Source: Octopus sinensis
Taxonomy: Eukaryota
Length of the DNA: 64,000 nucleotides
Direction of reading: 5' to 3'
Assembly: GCF_006345805.1 (NCBI RefSeq)
Contig: NC_043011.1
Coordinates: 28,222,464 to 28,286,463, forward strand
Every line of letters begins with the position of its first letter. Within the stretch, counting starts at the first letter, position 1. The position numbers were made by a program, and so were the translations under genes. The notes under the pieces were generated by a model. That model saw only the letters and a program-made list of their open reading frames with translations, had not been told where the DNA came from and did no database searches. Of the stretch, positions 53,809-64,000 are shown in pieces.

Positions 53809-55110
53809 CTAAAAAAGGAATCCTGGGGGTTCTTCTATCTGTGGTATTTTGCTGTATGTGATTCTGTCCCCCGTTGATATGTTGTCTGTTGAAGAGGTTT
53901 TGGTGTTGTGATTCTGTCCCCCGTTGATATATTGTCTGTTGAAGAGGTTTTGGTTGTTCCAGGGTCTGGGTGTTGGTGTGGCCTCCTGGAAGAGTTTTGG
54001 TTATTCCAGGGTCTGGGTTGTTTGTCCTGGGTGTAATGTTTTCCTTAGAGTGGGTTGGAAATTACATTCATGGTTTAGAAGTGAATTCCTATATGTTGGG
54101 GGAGAACTCTGAGTTAGGAGCGGTTTGGGTTGGAATCTACAATCATAGTTCAGAGATGGGTTCTAAGTGATGGGTAGGATCTCCGAATCTGGAACGGTTC
54201 TTGTGTGGGTTGGGGTTTACGTTGTCTGGTAAAGTTTTGTCTTGTGATGATGGGTGTCTCGGTTCTTTTGATGGGATTGTAGTGCTGTCTGTAAGTTCTG
54301 TTGTTGTTGTTGTGTGTGTTGTCGGTGTTGTGTGGGTTGGTGTGTGTTGGTTTTCTGTTTGTTTTTTGGCGAGGGGTGTGAGTTGAAGTAGATATTTTAA
54401 AATATGGGTTGCTTGAAAGGTGTTCCTTTGTGAACTCTGTTTCATAATTGGCGAAACAGCTGTTTTTTCCATTCGCTGGAGGGATGTTAGTTCTTCATCC
54501 TCGCAGTTTTTTCTCCACAGTTTGGTGGTTTCATCAAGGAGTGCTCCTTCACAGTGTTTTGAGATTTCAATCTGCATTTCATTGTCAAGGGTCTTGAATT
54601 TTTCTTCACTGGCGTTGGCTCTGAGCCGCAAGAGTTCTACTTCCGTTTGGAATTTTTCAAAAGCTAGTTTTCTCCTGAGGTTTTTTGGTTTTCTGGTTCA
54701 TTTTGGATGGGTTTTATTTGTAGTTTTCTGGGTAGGATGATAGGGGTGGAGTTGAGCACCTTTTCATAAATGTCAGCTTTGTTGCTATTTTTTATGAAAT
54801 TCAGAAGGCAAACTTACGCGCTTTGAGATTTTTACTCCAGGTGTTTTAAGAGAGCTTTTAACTGAGAAGCAGTCTTTAGTTTGCTCCTGCTTTGGGAGCA
54901 CTGCCGTCTCTATGGATTTCATTAGGTTTTGCAGTGTTGGGATGATGTCAGGGATTTGATTGGTTGTTTTGGCCTCCATGAGTCCATTTAGGTATAAGTG
55001 CGATTGTTCGACTTTGTTTATTATGGTTGAAAGTTTCGAGGAGATTTCTTGTAATTCTTTTAGGATATTTTGGTTCATTAAAGATTCTGCTGTTGTGATT
55101 TGGGTGGCAT
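53774..55110 (-). CDS. Upstream ORF1-like region of the PLE (helical/coiled-coil-like, N/Q-rich tail), frameshifted
   Basis: ORF pieces 54785-55078 and 54143-54631; ~50-bp tandem repeat at 53858-53955; ends ...PRIPFLGKGISFHDTRW*. Confidence 0.55.
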
Positions 55111-55588
55111 TTTCGGGACTCGTGTGATGGTTATATATATATAAAAAAGTTGAGTTGTGGGGTATCGCACGAGTGGGATTATATATGAAAAAAAGGTTTG
55201 AAAATGCAATTTTAAACGATGTTTATTTACTTAACCGGTTTCACTCTTTGGTAAAAGATTGTCAAAAGAACTTTGAATATTATGGGTTCAAAAAAAGTTT
55301 TTTACATAATTGTCACATTGAATATTATGAATTCAAAAATGTTTTTTTATACATAATTGTCACATTACATGTATAAACATAGTATAAAAAAGTCAATAGT
55401 ATGATGAGAATTTGGAAAAATTGGCAGAAAAGAATAAAATAAATATATTATTGGAAATTTGGTTGCGTTAATTATTGGTTGTCGCCAATTGTCACATTAC
55501 ATGTATATATATACAGTCTTTGGTAGAAAGGACATGTTAAAGACATAAGGAAGTGTAATAGTTTGGTGAGAAAGCTTGTAATATTGAC

Positions 55589-57699
55589 CTCACAGCATAT
55601 CGTGCGGGCGGGCACATGCGCGCATCGGCACGCATAGGACACACTAGCGGGCATTGACCGCACACATACGTGGCACGCACACGCATGCATTATATATATG
55701 TAGGTTATGTGTATGTGTGTGGGTGTTGTTGTGTGTGTGTGTGAGTGTGCACGTTGTGTGTGTGCGCGTGTGTATATGTATGTGTGTGTGTGTGTGCGTG
55801 TGTGTATGTGTGTGTGTGTGCGCGCGTTGTGTGTGTGTGTGTACACGTGTGTATATATGTGTATGTGTGTGTGCACTGTGTGCGTGTGTGTGTGTATGTG
55901 TGTGTGTGTGTGTGAGCATTGTGTACGTGTGTATGTATTTACATGTGTATTTGTTTTTATACATATATATATGTGTGTGTGCTGTGTGTGTATATGCATG
56001 GTATGTGTGTATATGCATGGTATGTGTGTATATGCATGGTATGTGTGTATATGTGAGTACATTGTTTGTGTGTGTGTGCGGTATGTAGAGATATATTGAG
56101 TGTGTACGCTATAGGTTTGTATTTTGTGTGTGTGGATGTGGTGTGGAATTTTATATATATATGTGTGTTATGTGTGTGAAAAAATATATGTATGTGCATG
56201 TATGTATGTATGTATATGTATATATATATATATATATGTGTATGTAATATATGTGTGTGTGTATGTGTGTGTGTATATATATTTTCATATATATGTGTGT
56301 ATAAACATGTGCATTATTTGCATGCGCATTGTGTATATGTATATTGTATGTATGTGTACTGTATGTATGTGTACAATTAAGTGTATATATGTGTGTATGT
56401 GTGCATTGTATATATGTATATTGTAAGTGTGCTATATATACATGAATACATGTATATACGTTGCGTGTATATATATGTATGCATTGTGTATGTATGCTAT
56501 GTGTGTGTGTGTCTATATTATTATATGTATGCGTACGTGTATGTGTATGCATTGTATGTATGTATATTGTGTGTATATGTGGTATATCTATGTATGTGTA
56601 TGTAAACACTATTTATATGTATATATGTATATATGTATATGCATTGTCTATATATATATATATTATATGTATGTATTGCGTATGTATATGCATACATATA
56701 TTGTGTATGTGTATTATATACATGCTGTGTATGTGTATGTATGTGTATATATATGCTAGGTGTATTTGTGTGATATTTATATTATGTATATATGTGTGCG
56801 TGTGTTGTGTGGGTGTGGTGTGTATGTGCTATATATGTGTGTATATTATATATAAATACATGTTATATTTGTGTGCTGTGTGTATATATTATATATGTGG
56901 GTGCGTTGTGTGTGTGTGGTGTCTGTGTGTGGTGTTGTGTGTATGTGGTGTGTGTGGTATACTATGTGTGTGTGTGTATTGTTGTTGTGTTGTGGGTGTA
57001 TATAGGTGTGTGACAAACAGGACGCTGTCTGACCAGCAGGCACACGGACACATCTATTCACACCCGCATACTCACCTCCCAATAACCCCAAAATCACTGA
57101 TGCTTGAAGGGGAAGTATAAACCAAACTGGGTACATATCTTTTTTTCTCTCAATCCAACTTTTCTGCTAAAACAAACAGGTCAGTAAAAAAACAAATTCT
57201 CGCCTTCGATTCAAAATATTCTGAGATGTCTAAAATATCCATTTTAATTTTCTCTGTCAATATTACAAGCTTTCTCACCAAACTATTACACTTCCTTATG
57301 TCTTTAACATGTCCTTTCTACCAAAGACTGTATATATATACATGTAATGTGACAATTGGCGACAACCAATAATTAACGCAACCAAAATTTCCAATAATAT
57401 ATTTATTTTATTCTTCTGCCAATTTTTCCAAATATTCTCATCATACTATTGAACTTTTTATACTATGTTATACATGTAATGTGACAATTATGTATAAAAA
57501 AACATTTTTGAATTCATAATATTCAATGTGACAATTATGTAAAAAACTTTTTTGAACCCATAATATTCAAAGTTTCTTTTGACAATCTTTTACCAAAGAG
57601 TGAAACCGGTTAAGTAAATAAAACATCGTTTAAATTGCATTTTCAAACCTTTTTTCATATATAATCCCACTCGCGCGATACCCCACAACTCAACTTTTT

Positions 57700-57731
<32 letters not shown>

Positions 57732-58103
57732 ATATATATATATGTATATGTATATGTTATATATATATGTATATATGTATATATATATGTATATATGTAT
57801 ATATATATATGTATATATGTATATATGTATATATGTATATATATATATGTATATATGTATATATATATGTATATATGTATATATATATATTGTATATAGG
57901 TATGATTGATGATTGATTGGTTCGAGTTTCAGCTTATGAGCTGTGGCCATGCTGGGGCACCGCCATTTGGTGTTGCTACTTGGTTTCACTTCACGAAAGC
58001 TTTCTAGCAACTGCCATTTGGTGCATGAGAGAGTTCGATGCAGCTGCCCTCATCTGCCCCTCCTGCCGTGAAGTTGGTTCATCTGGGACACCTGACAGGA
58101 AGT
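55589..58103 (+). repeat. Right arm of 2.5-kb inverted repeat (left arm 48948-51460)
   Basis: PLE 3' UTR, pLTR, (TA)-rich tract and LINE tail are all mirrored with high identity. Confidence 0.92.
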
Positions 58104-58981
58104 GATCCAGCTTCATTTTAAAGACATCTGCATCCACCCCATGCAGGTCTCTCAGTTCTTCGGGAGGATATTGAAGAGCTGTGGGTCTCGGAAGCCCAGG
58201 CTATCACAGAATCTTGTCCTACATCTTGATGGCAAGTTTGGAGTCCTAGGCACCACGCAGTGGCGCCCAGTTCTGGCATTTGCGTAACTCTCGATGCCAA
58301 AGTTTGGGACACGTCCTCCAGGATCTTCCAGATGTATTATGGCATATCTTTCCCGCCTACGCTCCAGGGAATATAGTTTTAATCTCTTGAGTCTTTCCCA
58401 GTAGCTTACATTCTGCATAGAGGCTATCTTCTTCGTGTAGCTACGTTGGATCGCCTCGAGCTCTGTGATCAACTTGACACTGGATGGTGACCATAACTGA
58501 GAGCAGTAGTCAAAGTGGCTTAGGATAAGTGTCCTCCAGAGGACCATCATGGTTTCTTGTTCTTTTGTTCTAAAGGTTCTGAGGATCCATCTGGCCAGTC
58601 GTCTACATTTCATTGCCAATTTAGCAACATGTACACGAAAGGTCGCGTCATCACTCATGTAAATACCTAGGTCACGCACTTATTGTGCCTCTGGGATTGC
58701 TATTCCTCTGGGTCCAGTGTATTCATTGGGTATTGCATTTAGTTTTGCATGCTGATAGTATAGAGCTTGAAACTTTTCAGCATTGAACTGCATGCTATTC
58801 TTTTCAGCCCACTTGTATATTTTGTCCAGCTCACATTGCAGGGTTCTGTATTGCCTGTGAAACTTTTGTATCATCTGCATAACTTGTGATCGTGGCTCTC
58901 TCCGTGGCTGAGGGCATGTCTGAGAGGGCCATTATGAACAGTAGTGGTCCCAGAACAGTGCCCTGCGGAACACCGCTCACT
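57903..58981 (-). mobile_element. 5'-truncated CR1-group LINE (second family)
   Basis: [48 protein letters not shown]; tail (CAAT)n. Confidence 0.92.
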
Positions 58982-59028
58982 ATTTGCGTGTTAATGGAAA
59001 TATATATATATATAGTATATATATATAT

Positions 59029-59080
<52 letters not shown>

Positions 59081-59091
59081 CCTATATATAT

Positions 59092-59122
<31 letters not shown>

Positions 59123-60301
59123 GTGTATGTACATATATTATATATATGTATGTATGTATGTACATATACACATGTATACATATATATATGTGTGTGTGTA
59201 TACACATATATACATACATATATACATGGGATATATGTACGCATGTGTGTATGTCTATGTATGTGTGTGAGCGTATGTGCGCGCGTGTGAGTGTGCAAGA
59301 TAGGATAGATAAATAGATAGATATAAAATATGAAAAGCAAATGCTGAAGTTCCACCTTTAAAAGCATGACTGGACCTTCTCTGCACAGCCTCTGAATGGC
59401 CAGCTGTATGTCGATTTAGGAAGAAAGAGGCAGTTTCTAGGGCTCGTGGTACCAAAAAACGATCTATCGAAAACAATTGATCATTCATTCTAAATTACCA
59501 AAATTTTTTATCCATGTTGGAAATCACAGTGCTAAGCCAGCGAGAAGTGAATGCGTAGTGTAGCAGAAACTAGTGGAGAATTACCACAAAAGAAACTGGT
59601 AAAGCTTACTATCAGTTTATTTTTGAAGGCTATAGAAGCATTTCAGAAGTGTTACTCAGCAAAGTTCTCTTCCGCTTCGGATTTTCGGGGGCGATTAAAG
59701 AAAATTCGACATTGGCGAAATTTTAACTCAGAGCGTAAAGTCACAGAACAAATAACGAGATACCCTTTGCTTGACGCTGCAACGAATCCTAGAATTATTA
59801 TTCTTTCATTAATAGAATTGACCTGTGGCTAAGAAACTTGATGTTGGTAATATGTCTTATGAAATTTAACGGTTTCCATAATAAATATTTGCTTAATATC
59901 ACTTCAACTGAAACAAATATCATCATAGCAAGCAATATCCTATACATAAGAAGAAACCAATAATGTGAATTAATATAAATTGAATAAATTTTGATTCAAT
60001 ACGAATATCAGAGCCCGTAGTTAATATTCAAATTCTGTTTCAGCCCCACCCTCTAATCAAAATATACATTTAGCTGATATAAAGTTTCATAAATTCTTTG
60101 TGAAGCGGGTCAAAAATGAAAGTGATATTAACTGTAAGGATATTTGTTATGAGAAGTAAATGGAATATTCATTATGCCGTATTTGTTCTAGCAGAAAGTA
60201 TGAATGTATGTGTAATGAATACAGATATTACTGAAGAAAAAAAAATCATAAGATGATAACAACAACGGCAACATTATTATTGTTATTATTATTATTATTA
60301 T

Positions 60302-60349
<48 letters not shown>

Positions 60350-60399
60350 CAGCAGCAGTGGTGGTGGTGGTTTTAGGTGTTAAGGTAGCAGTAGTAGTG

Positions 60400-60605
60400 C
60401 AGCGAGCTGACAAAACCGAGATAGCGTTGGAAAAGCTTACCTTGCGATATTTGATTCGGCTACTTACATTTTGAATACAAATCTTGCCGAGATAGAACAT
60501 ACCCCTTTTATCCTCTGCGGGTCGATAGAAATAAAGTAACAGTCAAATACTGGAGTTGATGTAATCGACTGAGCCATTCCTACTAAAAATTGCTGGCTGT
60601 GGGTC
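60400..60605 (+). mobile_element. Old SINE family A copy
   Basis: gcgagctgacaaaacc...tttatcctctgcgggtcgatagaaataaagtaacag...gatgtaatcgact. Confidence 0.55.
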
Positions 60606-60771
60606 AATATTTAATTAATTATTGCTGTTGATGTATCTATTTTTTGCTCTCGTTTTATTTTCTTAGTGAACTATTTCAATTTCCTTTGTATAAAGGGAAG
60701 TATATCCAAGTTTTATCGAGAGTGATCTTCGAAAGGATATACGTAATAAAAGCACAAACACACCCACTAAC

Positions 60772-60876
<105 letters not shown>

Positions 60877-60881
60877 ATCTA

Positions 60882-61389
60882 TTTGTATGGTGGACGCATC
60901 TGAAAGGTCTAGAGACAAACACTTTCCTCTCTGGTCAATCTCTCATCAACTTCTCCAAGTATCACTTGAAGAGGAAGGTGAGAGTAAAGAGGGAAGTTTT
61001 GTCTAGTGAATGTTTCAAAAAAAGATGGGTGAATGTAGCAAGGGTGGCACGTGTGAATGACGGAGCCAGCTTGAGCATAATCCTATGAACCAAAAAAAAA
61101 ACGAAAGGAAAAAAGAGAGCCGCTTACTGTAATGTGTTTTCTTTTTGCATGACACTATTGCCCAAGGTTCCCGTCGTCTTTTCCCTAGGCTTTTCTATCC
61201 ACGGACAAACATAATCTGGTTTCGCTTTTTCCATTGACATTTCTGTGATACACGATCCCCATTGATCGTCCCCACTTTTTTTTTTTCATGATCCCTTTTG
61301 ATCGGAATTCGACCCTTTTTTTTTTCCTTCTCTTCTTCCCAAAAAGAAATGCTCTACCTTGTATTTTGTCCCTTTGGCCAATAGAGAAA
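60882..61389 (+). mobile_element. 3' end of Tx1/L1-type LINE embedded in (TATC)n
   Basis: Open frame 60882-61088 VWWTHLKGL...LINFSKYHLKRKVRVKREVLSSECFKKRW resembles a Tx1 ORF2 C-terminus; T-rich 3' UTR; (TATC)n on both sides. Confidence 0.65.
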
Positions 61390-61422
61390 TCTATCTATCT
61401 ATTTATCTGTCTATCTATCTAC

Positions 61423-61489
<67 letters not shown>

Positions 61490-62543
61490 CCGATTTATTT
61501 GATCTATCGACCTATTTACCTATTTATTTCGTCTATCTAACCCTAACCCTACCTATTTTATCTGTCTTTCTATCTATGTACCTTCCTTTCTACCTACCAA
61601 TGTATCTATCTATAGGACTGTATGTATGTGTATGTAAAGATTATTCTTCTAATTATCTTGCTGTAACGTAGAATTCCGTAACGAAGTTTCGTTGATTTCC
61701 ATAATGTAAATTGACACATGTCTCACTGAAAATTTTGCAGGCAACTAAACAATTAATTTTATGCATTAAACGACAAAATTTTTTTAAAATATAGAATAGA
61801 ATGTCTTTATAAAAAAAAACAAAACTCATTTGTAGAGTTTATAGCAATACAGTTATATCCTTCTCAGGCACGTACTTATCACATAAAATGTTTACTAATG
61901 TGTGGCAGGGATGAGTTACTATGGCAATTATTGGAGAGAAGAAATATATTTAATAGAAGTTTCTTGAAGTTTATAGCACACCATCTCTTTGTACTGCTGA
62001 GTGTTATTACACTGAGCGATACAATGTTCCTTCTGAACTTCTCTTGTAATTTTCACGTTAGAATCGTAGTAACAAAGACTTGAAACCTTTCCTCTTTGAG
62101 CTCCAGGTTTTATATTTTTTGGTTTCTTTGTTTTCCATTGCACCTCAGTCTTGTTCTAACAGCTTCAGCTCCTCAATAGACAATTTTTTTATTACGGGAC
62201 TTTAGCAAATCGAACATGTTCTCTTTTAAGACATCTTCAACCTTTGCAAATGTTGAAATGTTTTGCTGAATTTTATGCAGATATTGTGACGGCAGTAAGT
62301 AACCCTGTAAATTAACGGAGAAACATTGATCAGGGCTATTTTCTCAAACACCATTCATAGCTGAGAGTTACACTTAATCCCACAATCTGATTATGCTAGC
62401 CATGTCCATGAATCATAATTTTGAAATATTCCAAAAGTGTCTTACTGCTGACTTATTTTTCTTATCTATTGCTTTCATGCGATGTTTTAAATATGTTGTC
62501 TCTGATATTCATATAGTCAGAGAAAGTGTGTGTGTGTGTGTGT

Positions 62544-62591
<48 letters not shown>

Positions 62592-63285
62592 TGCGCCTGT
62601 GCGCGCGCACATTTGCTTATACAAATCTGTCAATAAAATCTATTTCGCTGATACGAATTTATATTTTTCGCGTATTCATGTATCTACTTATATAAATATC
62701 TATAGGGTGTATTTAAGTGTTAGATCTCAGAGTTTCACTCATGGGAGAACCTCATTACATTCTCTAATTTAGACTAATGACACAATTTCTCCGCATGGAT
62801 ACTCACATGTAGAGAGAACCACTAAGTATCAACAGAAAGCTAATCACTCGATTAATAAACGCGGAAGTGTACATAAACACCCAGACACACATATACATGA
62901 ATACACACACACACACATATATATATACACAAATATATGTCTACATATATATGTTCGTACATACATGTGTGTGTGTGTGTTTATGTTTGTAGTATGCATA
63001 TGACTTCAATTTGTATAGGTGAATTTAAAATTATCAAAAAGATGTATCTAAAATTTACGGTATAAATGAAATGCAGAATATTTACTACAAGTTATATCGC
63101 AAGTATTAAATGCTTCGGTGACTATCACGTCCTCAAGCACTGTTGAGCAAAAGTTAGTAACTCCCTTTCCCCACCACCACCACCTATTCCTCTCAATATA
63201 CATCCATTCTCGACATAAGTATTTGTTGGTGTATAAATCTATTATAAACAGATACAGAAATATGGCGGTCATTATATATATATAT

Positions 63286-63879
63286 TGTTTGGCATCCTTT
63301 CTGTCTCGGGAGACAATGGAGCTGCGCATTTTTTTTTTTTTTTCTAGGTCTAGTCCGGCTGTTATATTTTATTTCCTGTTACATTTCTTGCTGTGGCTGT
63401 GTAGTCCTATCCTGGACAAACACTCCCTCTGGCATGTACATTCCAGGACACATGGTCCTGACATTCCAGCTTGCCAACTGCAGAACTGGTGTTTTCTTGA
63501 ATTTTAGTTGCTTGCCTGGTGCAGAGGTTGCAGGCCGCTTTTCGAGTCGTACTCTTAGCTCCAAGCACCCAATGGAACAGGCGGCTTGTGGCGGGTCAGC
63601 ACCTTATTAACTGGGGGCTGCCCAGCTTGAGGTGGGCAGTAGCTAACCAATAGGACACGGAAGTCCCTCCCACCGCAGAGGTAACCCGTAGCGTCCATAT
63701 TTTACGCCAATCTGAATGGACTTATCACTCGTAACTGTTACCTCTCCGTGTTGTTTCTGCAGCTTTTTACAGCAGCACTGAAGTGTCCTCTCCAGTTTTG
63801 CGCAGGCCTGGGCTATAGATAAGAAAGTCCTGGGTAGCCCAATCGTCAGGTTTCCTCTCTCGACCTTGCTGATGTAGTC
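63286..63879 (-). mobile_element. Internally deleted RTE-type LINE (5' UTR + endonuclease start fused to C-terminal Zn motif + tail)
   Basis: LQLASWNVRTM abuts CTCQRECLSRIGLHSHSKKC; tail attgtctcccgagacagaaaggatgcc; candidate TSD cattatatatatatat at 63270 and 63880. Confidence 0.75.
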
Positions 63880-63880
63880 C

Positions 63881-63917
<37 letters not shown>

Positions 63918-63920
<3 letters not shown>

Positions 63921-64000
63921 AGTGGCTGTGTGGTAAGTAGCTTGCTAACCAGCCACATGGTTCCGGGTTCAGTCCCACTGCGTGGCATCTTGGGCAAGTG
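63918..64000 (+). mobile_element. SINE family B 5' end (cut by window edge)
   Basis: ggagtggctgtgtggtaagtagcttgc...ttgggcaagtg. Confidence 0.85.

Larger units (their letters stand above)
49361..55588 (-). mobile_element. Near full-length Penelope-like retrotransposon (Neptune-type) with direct pseudo-LTRs 49361-49803 and 55143-55588
   Basis: PLE RT, Cys-rich linker (CGRPNCKTC) and GIY-YIG; direct terminal repeats carry an HHR; ends in (TA)n. Confidence 0.93.

Noticed and set aside
61538-61550. TAACCC x2 telomere-like repeat
   Set aside because: Only two units within a degenerate (CTAT) tract.

Overview
AT-rich eukaryotic window with no recognisable host gene, made almost entirely of microsatellites and transposable elements. 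The repeat make-up (tRNA-derived SINEs, dense TA/CA/ATT/GATA tracts) suggests an octopus or other coleoid genome; this is inference. Nearly all ORFs in the supplied track are microsatellite translations. Recognisable elements: four SINE families, two CR1-group LINE fragments, an R4/Dong-type RLE fragment, a Tx1/L1-type 3' end, RTE remnants, a full-length dead mariner, two non-autonomous Helitrons and several Penelope-like element (PLE) pieces with minimal hammerhead ribozyme (HHR) motifs. The most notable structure is a ~9.8 kb Neptune-type PLE composite at 48330-58103. It has an upstream ORF plus RT and GIY-YIG domains, five copies of a variant HHR, and a 2.5 kb inverted repeat that includes ~190 bp of the neighbouring LINE. 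That LINE piece is repeated in two 534-bp HHR-bounded tandem units. Coordinates were read by eye and may be off by a few bases; family names come from motif recognition, not database searches.
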